NCBI GenBank assembly: GCA_040217195.1
Contig: JAVJNR010000005.1
Span: 256,001 to 320,000 of the forward strand
DNA length: 64,000 nucleotides
Direction: 5' to 3'
DNA from: Leptospiraceae bacterium
GTDB lineage: Bacteria; Spirochaetota; Leptospiria; Leptospirales; Leptonemataceae
The notes beneath the pieces were generated by a model. That model worked only from the letters and a program-made list of their open reading frames with translations. It had not been told where the DNA came from and did not search any database. The position numbers were made by a program, and so were the translations under genes. Of this stretch, positions 50,895 through 60,948 are shown piece by piece (the first letter of the stretch is position 1; each line of letters begins with the position of its first letter).

Positions 50895-52120
50895 GCAACC
50901 AGAGCATAGACTTCCAATCTGTATTTAAGGAATTGGCTCCCCGGGTAATGGGAGTACTGGTACGAAAATACGGTGACTTCGCCGATGCAGAGGATTCGGT
51001 GCAGGATGCACTTATTGCAGCATCATATCAATGGATCCGAGATGGCTGGCCGGAAAACCCGTACGGATGGTTGCTTACAGTAGCTTCCCGAAAAATGATT
51101 GATCGGGTGCGAAGCGATGTTGCACGCAAGCGTCGAGAGATTTCGGCAGTAGTAGAACTCGAAGAGCCGGAGTCGAAGGATTCACTGGACCTGCTATTAA
51201 TGTGCTGCCATCCGGCGATTAGCCAATCTTCGGCGATTGCATTAACGCTTCGTGCAGTTGCTGGATTGAGTACAGAACAAATTGCACGGGCATTTCTGGT
51301 GCCCGGCAAGACCATGTCACAAAGAATTAGCCGGGCAAAACGAACCATCAAGGAATCAGGATTGGAACTTCAGGTGCCGCAGAAGGCCCAAAGAAAAGAA
51401 AGGCTGGCCGCTGCCATGCATGTTCTCTATTTAATGTTCAACGAGGGCTATCTTAGCAGTAATGGGGCCTCCTTACAGCGACCGGATCTGGCCGACGAGG
51501 CGATCAGCATCATGCGAAAACTGCATGAACTGGAACCGGGCCATCCGGAGGTAAAAGGGCTGCTGGCGCTTATGTTGCTTTCCCATTCAAGAAGGTTTGC
51601 TCGCGCCGGCGGGAGAGGAGAACTGATACCCCTAAATGAACAAAATAGAGCCCTCTGGGATCAAGAAAACATCCTGGAGGGTGCAACATTGCTCAAGGAA
51701 GCGCTCATTAAGGGCTACGTCGGTTCCTACCAGATTCAGGCTGCCATCCATGCTTTGCATAGTGAAGCAAAAGACACCGACACAACAGACTGGACTCAGA
51801 TCCTGGGATTGTATAGAATGCTAATGAAAATGGAGAATAATCCAATGGTTTCTCTGAATGCGGCCATCGCTCAGGCTATGGTAGAGGGGCCCAGTTCTGG
51901 TCTTGCAACTCTGCGCGAAATTGGCAATCATCCCTCCATGAAAAGCCATTACAGGTTTTTCGCGGTTCGCGGTCATCTGCACGAAATGACCGGTGAATAC
52001 CAGAAGGCAATACACGACTTTCTGGCAGCGGCTCGAAGGACTGATTCCCTTCCTGAGAGGAACTATCTAAATCGTAAGTCAGCCAGATTAAATGAGCAAA
52101 GCCGACCGGGAACCACTTAG
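50891..52120 (+). CDS. ECF42-type sigma factor with C-terminal TPR-like extension
   Basis: AEDSVQDA, LLLMCCHPA, LYLMFNEGY and YQIQAAI.ALH; start uncertain (CTG 50891 or TTG 50933). Confidence 0.9.
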   Translation: MSNQSIDFQSVFKELAPRVMGVLVRKYGDFADAEDSVQDALIAASYQWIRDGWPENPYGWLLTVASRKMIDRVRSDVARKRREISAVVELEEPESKDSLDLLLMCCHPAISQSSAIALTLRAVAGLSTEQIARAFLVPGKTMSQRISRAKRTIKESGLELQVPQKAQRKERLAAAMHVLYLMFNEGYLSSNGASLQRPDLADEAISIMRKLHELEPGHPEVKGLLALMLLSHSRRFARAGGRGELIPLNEQNRALWDQENILEGATLLKEALIKGYVGSYQIQAAIHALHSEAKDTDTTDWTQILGLYRMLMKMENNPMVSLNAAIAQAMVEGPSSGLATLREIGNHPSMKSHYRFFAVRGHLHEMTGEYQKAIHDFLAAARRTDSLPERNYLNRKSARLNEQSRPGTT

Positions 52121-52295
52121 CCCATCTACACAGGGGGATGGGTCCGCCCGGAGTAGATGCCAATCGAATGAGTCTATTCCGATGCTTGATTGAGCACTCA
52201 GGCAAGCTTATCTTTTTTCTGCGCTCTAGCAAGTCAGTGAGTTAACGGTTCTCTTACTTCGCCTTGTCTTCCTTCGGTGCCTATGGAAGCTTTTC

Positions 52296-52937
52296 TCACT
52301 GGCAAATCAATTCCAGGAGCTTCTCTCCATTGAGCAATCCAACTAGCCGATCGCCGGAATATACCGGCCCCACTCCTGCAGGCGTACCGGTAAAGATCAG
52401 ATCCCCTGTTCGCAGGGAAAAGTATCGCAGAGTATGATGCAATATAGAAGAGAAATCAAAGAGCATGTCCCGGCAATGTCCTTGTTGCCGCACCTGATCA
52501 TTGATTTTCAATACCATCGAAAGATCAGTCAGATCCGAGGGAACAGGCTTCCATTGACCTATTACAGCCGAGTTATCAAAGGCCTTTGCTTTTTCCCAGG
52601 GAAGTCCCTTAGATTTCAATTCCTTTTGCAAATCTCTGGCAGTAAGATCAATCCCCACAGTTATCGCATCAATACGATAAAGAAGCTTCGTTTCATTTGC
52701 CGGATCGTACTCATCTGCACTAGAAGTGCCGGCTATCATCTTTATATCTGAAGCCACTCGCAACACAATTTCAATCTCATGATGAATCTCAGCGCTGAAG
52801 TCTGGTAAAGGCAGCGAATTTCCCGGCAGAAGAAGAGCTGTCTCTGGCTTCATGAAAATTACAGGCTCCTCTGGTATCGCATTGTTCAGCTCCAGAGCAT
52901 GATCACGATAATTTCTGCCTATGCAGATGATTTTCAT
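52296..52937 (-). CDS. Fumarylacetoacetate hydrolase-family protein
   Basis: IICIGRNY..H, FMKP, HHEIE and GDLIFTGTPAGVG. Confidence 0.95.
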   Translation of the reverse strand: MKIICIGRNYRDHALELNNAIPEEPVIFMKPETALLLPGNSLPLPDFSAEIHHEIEIVLRVASDIKMIAGTSSADEYDPANETKLLYRIDAITVGIDLTARDLQKELKSKGLPWEKAKAFDNSAVIGQWKPVPSDLTDLSMVLKINDQVRQQGHCRDMLFDFSSILHHTLRYFSLRTGDLIFTGTPAGVGPVYSGDRLVGLLNGEKLLELICQ

Positions 52938-53164
52938 AAAGCAAGCTCCGTTTTCTGGTTCTTCGCCTGCGAATCGGAATGGGACCCAGGCCGCAGAGTG
53001 AATATAGCGAATAGTACCATGATGGGAAATCCAGGGCAGCCTGTTTCGGCCAGGTCTAAGTCTAGCTGCATGTCATACCCGCCTGGGATCTGGTATCTTT
53101 GTATCTATTTAGCCGTTTGGAATCCCTCATCGCTGCAATCAAAGTCCTAGAGAACTTAATCTGC

Positions 53165-54532
53165 TCAATCCCAGAAGCGATTCTTGTGAGTTTGCGGCAA
53201 GTAGATCAGTCCAATTACAAAGCATATCGCTGCAACCGACACAGGATAGACCAGGCCTGCATAAATGTTACCTGTGGCGGCCACCAGAGCGGTAGCCGTA
53301 AAAGGGACCAGGCCTCCAAAGACTCCGTTTCCAATATGATAGGGCAAAGACATGGAAGTGTAGCGTATCCTGGTGGGGAAAAGCTCAACTAGAAACGCTG
53401 CGATGGGGCCATAAACCATGGTTACGTATAGGACCTGCACCAGAACAATACCAACCAGTAGAGCTCCTTGAATCAAAGAAACGCCATCACCCATGGTGGG
53501 ATTTTTTACCTGATACATGGCCATGTAGAGAGGAAAATATGTCAAAGCTCCCAGGAGACAGCCAGTCAGTATTATGGGCTTACGACCAATACGATCGGAC
53601 AATCGACCAAATACAATGAAAAATGGAGTACCCAGAATTAGGGCGATCGCGATAATAACATTTGAATCCACAAGGCTGACACCGAGCTGAGTCTGTAGAA
53701 AATAAAGTGCATAGAACTGACCGGTATACCAGACCACTCCCTGCCCCGCTGTTGCACCGAACAGTGCCAGAAGCACTAGCTTTAGATTGGCCGGATTAGT
53801 GAAGCTTTCACGAATTGGATTGGTGGAAGTCTTTCCTTCGGACCTGGCTTTCGCAAACAAGGGAGATTCGTTCATCCTTACGCGTATATAATAGGAAATC
53901 AGAAACAAGACCATGGAAAGCAGAAATGGAATCCGCCAGCCCCACTGTCCAAAATCCTGCTCACCCAGACCAAAGCGAACTGCTAGAATTACACCCAGCG
54001 ACACGAAGAGACCCAGGGTTGCCGTAGTCTGAATAAAACTTGTATAGTAACCTCTCTTTCCGTCCGGAGAGTGCTCGGCAATGTAGGTAGCTGCTCCTCC
54101 ATATTCGCCGCCCAGGGCCAATCCCTGGAGCAGTCGAAGGGCCACAAGTAATATAGGAGCAAAGATCCCGATGGTCTGATAGGATGGTAAAAGGCCGATG
54201 AAGAAGGTGGCTCCACCCATAATGGCAAGAGTGAGCATGAAAGTGTATTTTCGCCCCACCAGGTCCCCAATGCGCCCGAAAAACAGGGCTCCAAATGGGC
54301 GGACTATGAATCCGGTGGCAAAAATTGCCAGCGTAGAAAGCAGCGCAGCCATATCGTTTCCGGCGGGAAAGAAATGCTTTGAAATGATTGTGGCCAGACT
54401 TCCAAAAATGTAAAAATCGTACCATTCGATCAATGTGCCTGCAGACGATGCAGCAACCACTCGTGTAAGACTGAACTTCTGAGAGGCCTGGGAATAGTTA
54501 GATTGAGAGGATTCGGCTGACCCTGAATTCAT
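53165..54532 (-). CDS. MFS transporter, metabolite:H+ symporter family
   Basis: GTLIEWYDF, RP.GA..FG..GD..GRK, GGEYGGA and ELFPTRIRY. Confidence 0.95.
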   Translation of the reverse strand: MNSGSAESSQSNYSQASQKFSLTRVVAASSAGTLIEWYDFYIFGSLATIISKHFFPAGNDMAALLSTLAIFATGFIVRPFGALFFGRIGDLVGRKYTFMLTLAIMGGATFFIGLLPSYQTIGIFAPILLVALRLLQGLALGGEYGGAATYIAEHSPDGKRGYYTSFIQTTATLGLFVSLGVILAVRFGLGEQDFGQWGWRIPFLLSMVLFLISYYIRVRMNESPLFAKARSEGKTSTNPIRESFTNPANLKLVLLALFGATAGQGVVWYTGQFYALYFLQTQLGVSLVDSNVIIAIALILGTPFFIVFGRLSDRIGRKPIILTGCLLGALTYFPLYMAMYQVKNPTMGDGVSLIQGALLVGIVLVQVLYVTMVYGPIAAFLVELFPTRIRYTSMSLPYHIGNGVFGGLVPFTATALVAATGNIYAGLVYPVSVAAICFVIGLIYLPQTHKNRFWD

Positions 54533-54728
54533 GCAGCCGACAATATTATCTAGATTACCGGAGCACAAGCTTTTCTCCGGATCGGCCCCCGGGCTTTTTT
54601 TTGCTGAGGTTTCCTCCAGTTTAATTCCAATAGTATAAACGCCTATGATGTCGGTAGCCAGAAACCTGCTTCGCAGGTAAAGGCGCAACGGGAGCCTGGA
54701 CCGGTTGTTATCTAGAACGAGGGGCTCA

Positions 54729-55022
54729 ATGACCAGACTTATTGCCATCTTGATCGCCGCTTCCCTGTCTGGATGTGTCTTTCATCCGCTGTATACCATT
54801 AACTCCGATGGCACTCTATCGAACAACTCCCCGTCTTCCGTTACCACAGGCGGATCTAGTCCTATCGATATGACCTTCGAACCCAAAGGTCGCTATATCT
54901 ACGCAGGCAACTCGGCCACGGATGCAATTAATATGTACAGCATTGGCAATGAAGGTTTGCTAGCATCCAATGGCTTGCAGAGCACAGGTAATAGCCCAAG
55001 AGGCATGGCCTTTGTCACGTAA
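54729..55022 (+). CDS. Short lipoprotein with ~2 lactonase-type beta-propeller blades (possible remnant)
   Basis: Lipobox LSGC; Y.IN.DG.L...TG..P....F.P.G...Y..N repeat. Confidence 0.5.
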   Translation: MTRLIAILIAASLSGCVFHPLYTINSDGTLSNNSPSSVTTGGSSPIDMTFEPKGRYIYAGNSATDAINMYSIGNEGLLASNGLQSTGNSPRGMAFVT

Positions 55023-55300
55023 TGAGTTCTAATTTCCATCGACTGAAATAGTGGGACCATGATCCGTCTCGCAGGACTGGAGAGTTCCCTCCGAAAAATA
55101 CTTTTTCCTATGAGAGTTCGCAGGTAAGAAATGACCGGGCCTATGTTATTTCCAGAAATCGTTTACCTCATCTAACTTGAATCGAATTTGAATCCGCCCG
55201 GAGGGCATGCGTTGAGATTTCCTGCGAAGCCAGACCAAGTATTCGTTTTTCTATGTGCATCTTTCGATTTTCTGCTTTGTTGAATCCAGGGAGCATCATA

Positions 55301-55948
55301 TTGGAACCGCAGTACTGGCATGAAAAGTGGGAGAGCAGACAGATTGGTTTTCACAGAGATCAGCCTCATCCCTTTCTACAAAAACACATAGATACGATTT
55401 CTCTTGGTCCCGGTAAAAGGATACTCATACCCCTGTGCGGCAAAACAGTGGATATCCCCTATTTGCTATCCCGCGGCTTTGAAGTTCTCGGGGTCGAACT
55501 GGTGGAAACGGCAGTGCAAGAGCTATTCTCCGAGATGACTGTGCAGCCGGAGATTGAAAGCTTAATGAATGGAAAGCTGAAAAGTTACAGTGCAGAGGGA
55601 ATCCAGGTATTCGCAGGCGATTTATTCGATATAAGCCCGGAGCTTCTGGATTCGGTGGATGCAATCTATGATCGAGCTGCGATAGTAGCACTGCCAGAGG
55701 GAATGAGAGAAAGATACTCAGAGCGCCTCTTACGACTCTGTCCGGAGGCTCCCCAGCTTATAATCACTTTTGAGTATGATCAATCCAGAATGGATGGCCC
55801 TCCCTTTTCAGTCACAGAAAGAAATATTCGGGAATACTATGGAAAGACGCATCAACTCACGTTACTTGAAAAGATCCAACTCCAAGATGGTCTAAAGCAT
55901 CTGGAATCGGTCAGGGAATGTGCCTGGATGCTGGAACCAATCCATTAG
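55301..55948 (+). CDS. tpm: Thiopurine S-methyltransferase
   Basis: W..KW....IGFH, PLCGK..D, YDRAA.VALP and GPPFSV; TTG start after GGAG. Confidence 0.92.
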   Translation: MEPQYWHEKWESRQIGFHRDQPHPFLQKHIDTISLGPGKRILIPLCGKTVDIPYLLSRGFEVLGVELVETAVQELFSEMTVQPEIESLMNGKLKSYSAEGIQVFAGDLFDISPELLDSVDAIYDRAAIVALPEGMRERYSERLLRLCPEAPQLIITFEYDQSRMDGPPFSVTERNIREYYGKTHQLTLLEKIQLQDGLKHLESVRECAWMLEPIH

Positions 55949-55993
55949 GCCTGGATGCGGAAATTCGCCGAGGAAACAGTAGATCTGATTCCT

Positions 55994-56238
55994 GCCCGCG
56001 CCAGCCTGAACCACGCTCCTGGACGGAGGTTCGCATAATCAACACTCCAGCGCGCAAACCCGAACCTGGCCTCCTGCAAGGGTTCGCATAAACAACGCTC
56101 CGGCGCGCAAACCCGAACCTGGCCTCCTGCAAAGGTTCGCATAAACAACACTGCGGCGGGCAAACCTGAACTCGCGCGCCTGGACGGAGGTTCGCATAAA
56201 CAACGCTCCGCCGCGCAAACCCGAACCTGCGTTCCTGG
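55994..56238. repeat. Tandem array of ~4.5 hairpin-forming 53-55-bp units
   Basis: GGTTCGCATAA recurs at 56028, 56081, 56134 and 56189; consensus unit RGGTTCG..CGAACCT. Confidence 0.9.
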
Positions 56239-56386
56239 TGAAAAGGGGTTTTCTCCCATCACCTCATTGTCTGAACCGACAGGACCTTCCTTCGAACATG
56301 ATTAGTCGTAACCCCGCCGGTATTTCATCTCTGTAAATCTCCGGTGATATGCTTGCTCTGGGAAAAAGGGAGACCCGAAATGCCAA

Positions 56387-57295
56387 ATGGAATCCGAGAC
56401 AAAGGCTTATACAATCGACGAAGTTACTGACCGCTACAGCGACGACCTGATGGTAGCCTTACGTCCTGAGGATCAGCCTACAACGTACGAAGATTACGAT
56501 GATTTCCAGGTGTTTATCTTTCGCCGTCTGCGAATGGAAGACGAAGCGCTGGGCACTACCTGCGAGGCTTTTTTGCTCAGACAGAATGAGGTTTGCTTCT
56601 ATGATCGTGACTCCCGGCTGTTCCGGCAGCTCCCCGGCGCCTACGAAGCCCTGGCAGATTCCATCGAAGCCTACCATACCCAGAATCAGCGCATTCTCAC
56701 AGCCTATTCTGCAGAGATAGAAAGACTCGAGGAGGCGTTGTTCACTCGTAAGATTCCTGCGTATTTTATGGACTTATGGTTCGACATTAAGAAGGACGTT
56801 GCGAGAATTGAAAATTACTACTACCGAAACTCTCTGGTCTTCAAGGAATTTGCGCGCAGGCAGCGTTCGCGATTCGGTGAATACGCAGATTGGTTTAAAG
56901 ATCTGGAAGACGACATTGTTTTTCAACAGGGCAGCCTGGCCAACCTGAAATCCAAGCTGGACAGTCTACATCACTATCATGATTCCATTAAAAGTGAGCG
57001 GCTCAACCGGACCATGTTCACTCTAACACTTATGTCCGGGGTATTCCTGCCTCTCAACCTGATCGTCGGTTTTTTTGGAATGAACACCCGGGGCCTATTC
57101 TTCTCGGACGATCCGGCAGGAACGCATCTGGTTACGATTCTTCTAGCTTCCACCCTCTTTATCAGTCTTTTCGGTTTGCCCATTATCAAACTCATCGATC
57201 GATGGGTCCTGCGCCTGTTACTCGGGCGGTACAATGTGTATAAGAGTATCATGAAGCGAGTGAAAAAAGTGGATTCTCGTTTTCGGGACGAATGA
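56387..57295 (+). CDS. CorA-family divalent cation transporter
   Basis: C-terminal TMs with FLPLNLIVGFFGMN. Confidence 0.9.
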   Translation: MESETKAYTIDEVTDRYSDDLMVALRPEDQPTTYEDYDDFQVFIFRRLRMEDEALGTTCEAFLLRQNEVCFYDRDSRLFRQLPGAYEALADSIEAYHTQNQRILTAYSAEIERLEEALFTRKIPAYFMDLWFDIKKDVARIENYYYRNSLVFKEFARRQRSRFGEYADWFKDLEDDIVFQQGSLANLKSKLDSLHHYHDSIKSERLNRTMFTLTLMSGVFLPLNLIVGFFGMNTRGLFFSDDPAGTHLVTILLASTLFISLFGLPIIKLIDRWVLRLLLGRYNVYKSIMKRVKKVDSRFRDE

Positions 57296-57535
57296 GTAAT
57301 GCCGGCCTCACTTCTGGCATGATTGGCCGCGCCTCTGACATGGGCAGCCCTATTGCTACCTGGCTTTTGTAAATAAAACAGTCAGAAAAGAGAACCGTCG
57401 TTTTTTTTGAAATAGGCTGGTGGGTGATCCATCATTGAAACACCAGTAAGCACCAAATCCTCTGGTCCTGACCCGACAATAAGTCCGAACACAATTCCGT
57501 ATCTACCCCTCCCTTTGTCTGGCGCGGAAAAACGC

Positions 57536-58984
57536 TCAGAGGCCCAATCGTCGGGCGGCGCTCAGCCCTGCGTAATAACCGCACATACCGTGCACACCAC
57601 CGCCCGGTGGCGTTGCCGAAGAACATAGAAAAATACCTGGATTGGGCGTGGTGTAAGGATTCCAGCGAGCCACCGGTCGCAGGAAGGCCTGCGGTAGATC
57701 AGCTATGCCGCCAGTGATCGCACCGCCGATGTAATTTGCGTTGTGGGCTTCCAGGTCGGACGGAAACATCTTATGACGTGCCAGAATGCGCTGGCGAAAT
57801 CCAGGCGCGAACCGTTCAATCTGCCTTTCTATCGCATCGCTCATGTCCACCGGGGAGCCGGCTGGCACATGGCAGTATGCGTAGCCAGTGTGTTTGCCGG
57901 GTGGTGCCCGGTTCGGATCCAGCTCGCTTTGTTGAACGACCATCACAAAAGGGCGTTCGGGATGTTTGCCCGCCCACATTTCCGCTTCGGCTGCAGAAAT
58001 TTCGTCCAGGGTGCCGCCTACATGCACGGTGGAGGCGCGGTTGGTCTCCGGATCTCGCCAGGGAATCGGGCCATCCAGGGCAAGATCCAACTTGAATGTG
58101 CCCGGTCCATAACGATAGCGTGACAGACGTTTCTTGTAATACGAGGGCAACTGTGCGCCGGCGATCTGCACCAATTGGGCCGGACTGGTATCGAATAGAA
58201 TCGTGCGGGCTGGCGGTATATCTGCCAGATCAGAGACAGGAAAATTCAATCGAATCTCCCCGCCCAGGCTTTCGATGTAGGCGATCAGTGCATCGGCAAT
58301 GGACTGTGAGCCGCCGCGGGCCACCGGCCAGTTGGCCATGTGCCCTGTAATCAAAAACATTAGTCCCAGCGCGCTTGTGAGGCGAAACGATAACGGCAGG
58401 ATAGAATGGGCTGCGCATCCGGCGAGCAGTGCCCGGGCGCGTTCACCTCGAAAACGAGCGTTTCCCAGGCCGCTTGCCGATCGAATCGCCAATAAACCAA
58501 AACGGGCCATGAGGAAGGGGTGTTTCGGAATCCGGGTCAATGGCCCCAGAGCATCGGCCAGCAGGCCCGCCGGCTCTCCCAGGAATGGATCCAACAGCCT
58601 GGTATAGGCGCGCGCATCAATGCCCAGTCCAGCCGCCGTTTTCTCCATAGATTTCTGAAGCAAAACGGAAGGTTCACCGTCCAGCGGATGCGCGGCAGAG
58701 TATGCCCCGGTGCACCACTGAAGTCCAAAATCCTGCAGAGGCAATGTTGCAAGAAAGGGCGAAAGCATACCCATGGGATGCGCCGCCGAGCAAACATCGT
58801 GCGCGAAGCCGGGAAGCGTCAATTCCTGTGTGCGCATACCGCCACCGGCGGTTCCACGAGCTTCCAGAACCAGCACCCGTGCTCCTTTTCCAGCCAGCAA
58901 TGCCGCGGCCGCCAGCCCATTGGGACCGGAGCCCACAATGCATGCATCATAAGTGACGGATTTGCTGGATCCAGAAGGGATCAT
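57536..58984 (-). CDS. Phytoene-desaturase-family FAD-dependent oxidoreductase
   Basis: GSGPNGLAAA, HDVCSA.HP and CSSATPPGGGVHGMCG. Confidence 0.92.
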   Translation of the reverse strand: MIPSGSSKSVTYDACIVGSGPNGLAAAALLAGKGARVLVLEARGTAGGGMRTQELTLPGFAHDVCSAAHPMGMLSPFLATLPLQDFGLQWCTGAYSAAHPLDGEPSVLLQKSMEKTAAGLGIDARAYTRLLDPFLGEPAGLLADALGPLTRIPKHPFLMARFGLLAIRSASGLGNARFRGERARALLAGCAAHSILPLSFRLTSALGLMFLITGHMANWPVARGGSQSIADALIAYIESLGGEIRLNFPVSDLADIPPARTILFDTSPAQLVQIAGAQLPSYYKKRLSRYRYGPGTFKLDLALDGPIPWRDPETNRASTVHVGGTLDEISAAEAEMWAGKHPERPFVMVVQQSELDPNRAPPGKHTGYAYCHVPAGSPVDMSDAIERQIERFAPGFRQRILARHKMFPSDLEAHNANYIGGAITGGIADLPQAFLRPVARWNPYTTPNPGIFLCSSATPPGGGVHGMCGYYAGLSAARRLGL

Positions 58985-60639
58985 GCAGCAGGCCAGGGTT
59001 GCAGTTTGCGCAGATCATTGATTTTGACCTGTCCGCCTTTCATAAGACCCTGATTTGCATCGTAGACATTGTAGTCAAGAGTCGTCCGTCCGATGGGCTG
59101 CGCTTCCAGGCATATGCAGCGCAATTCCCCTGGCTCGAAACCGCACTGTTCCTGCACGGAGCGCAATAGTTGCGCACCATGCAGATGTCCTTCGCCAAAA
59201 TTGTAGCCCAGCACCATGCCCGCCATCAATTCCCCATCCATCCAGGTATATTCCGGATAATCTTGCATGCGAATCGCCTCCGGCAGAATCTTTTGATAGG
59301 CTCGTCCGTGCATGTGCATGAGCCGGAAGGCCTGAACCTTACCTGAAATTGCTGCAGCCACAGTTTCGTTATACAGGAGAGTCAATTGATTGGGTACCCA
59401 GGGTGAGACCTTGCGTAATCGCTCCAGTTTCTTATAGCTTTCGCCGCGAAACAACCAGACGCTATTGGCCCAGTTTCCTGCGTAGTAGCGCATGGCGAGC
59501 AGAAAGGAAATCTTGTGCGGCCATCGGTTACCGGCGAAGGGTACAATGATCGAAGTCAGGATCAAGAAGATGCCCATGGGCCAGCTCACATCAAATGGAC
59601 TTACGCTGGTGCCGTTCGCATAAAACAGGAAGAAGGCGCCGTATACCACCAGAACATTCCATTCCAGAGGCACGCCCATGGGTACGTTGCTGGTAATGTA
59701 AGAATGCAAGAGCACCATCAAAATCAGACCAACTGTTAAGATCGTTGGCGAAGCCAGAACGGCGCCGGCAAATAGCACCGCCGGTACACTGAGTTCGAGA
59801 GCTGTGCCCATCCAGGATTTTACGACTGCCGTCTGCGAAGGCCGCAGATCATCCGGATAGTTGCGGTACATGCTTTTGCGAAACCACTTGAACGGAATAA
59901 ACGGTCCATTGCTGGCCATTACGCAGACCACCGTGGCAAAATGATGGTTGAGCTTTGAGAATCCTGCGAAAAACCACAGAGCCAGTTGTACAATCATCGC
60001 GCCGGCAATCCAGTTGGGTTCCAGAGCAAAGACCACTACAGTGACCCAGTAATGCTCTCCCCGGGCGGCCAGAAAGATCGTTTTGTCCAGGACTCCGGCA
60101 AAAACAGTGAGAATTACAATGGGCAGAAATTGCTCGAAACCGGGGGCAGGATGCACCAGCGCTACAAAAAGCGATGCAACCATTGCCGCATACACCAGTA
60201 CATCGAGAATCGAACGAGTCCCACCACCAATAATCGGCGCGCCTTCGAAGAGGGGTAGTTTCGTCGCTTTTGGCAAAAGGAAATACAGGAAACCGCCAAA
60301 CGGTGGCAGGTACCTGGCCGTCAGCGGCCCACTGCCGCAACCAAATCCGAGCACTTCGAATAACATGCTCCAGAGAATCGCTTTCTGAAACGCCACCGGC
60401 GTAAACATCCAGGTACCAATGGAGGACAGTTCGCCCATTCCTGCACTGAATGAACAGAAGCCTATCCAGCCCCATACATACAGGCCAATCTTCAGCAGAT
60501 AAAACAAATACGCTGTAAGAGGCGAACCGTAGCCTTCGAGGGCCCAGGCCTTGCAGACCAGGCGTGCCTGCTCCGCAAACGGTAACTTTCGCGCTTCCAG
60601 GGGATCGTATTCGGGAATCAACGGGGAAAACAGATTCAT
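58981..60639 (-). CDS. DUF3556-family membrane protein
   Basis: GCGSGPLT.R..PP, DKTIFLAARGEHY, SKLNHHF, P.GVPLEWN, MRYYAGNW and NFGEGHLH. Confidence 0.88.
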   Translation of the reverse strand: MNLFSPLIPEYDPLEARKLPFAEQARLVCKAWALEGYGSPLTAYLFYLLKIGLYVWGWIGFCSFSAGMGELSSIGTWMFTPVAFQKAILWSMLFEVLGFGCGSGPLTARYLPPFGGFLYFLLPKATKLPLFEGAPIIGGGTRSILDVLVYAAMVASLFVALVHPAPGFEQFLPIVILTVFAGVLDKTIFLAARGEHYWVTVVVFALEPNWIAGAMIVQLALWFFAGFSKLNHHFATVVCVMASNGPFIPFKWFRKSMYRNYPDDLRPSQTAVVKSWMGTALELSVPAVLFAGAVLASPTILTVGLILMVLLHSYITSNVPMGVPLEWNVLVVYGAFFLFYANGTSVSPFDVSWPMGIFLILTSIIVPFAGNRWPHKISFLLAMRYYAGNWANSVWLFRGESYKKLERLRKVSPWVPNQLTLLYNETVAAAISGKVQAFRLMHMHGRAYQKILPEAIRMQDYPEYTWMDGELMAGMVLGYNFGEGHLHGAQLLRSVQEQCGFEPGELRCICLEAQPIGRTTLDYNVYDANQGLMKGGQVKINDLRKLQPWPAA

Positions 60640-60948
60640 TGTCGTGGCCGGCCTTTATAACATTTTGTATATCTGCGATAATTGCAATATTAATGGAGGA
60701 ATTCGCGTCCTCAGTTCAATGCTGCTTGCGCGTTCATGATTTGCAGACCCTGGACAGAAGCCGTCAAACAAAAAGGAGGCTCTGCGCTTAAAAACAAGAC
60801 CGATTCCGAGGAGGCGAAGCCCCCACAGGAGGAGGAGTGATGCCATTTGAGAGACGTATCACTATACATATGCAGGGGGCAGCGATGTCTTCTGGCATCA
60901 AACGAGGCTAACTTGACTGATGGCCTGCTGGAACAAAAAGGTAATTCC

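Noticed and set aside
55994..56238. CRISPR array or type III antitoxin array
   Set aside because: No unique spacers and no cas genes; neither flanking gene resembles a ToxN/CptN/TenpN toxin. The overlapping short ORFs are repeat translations.
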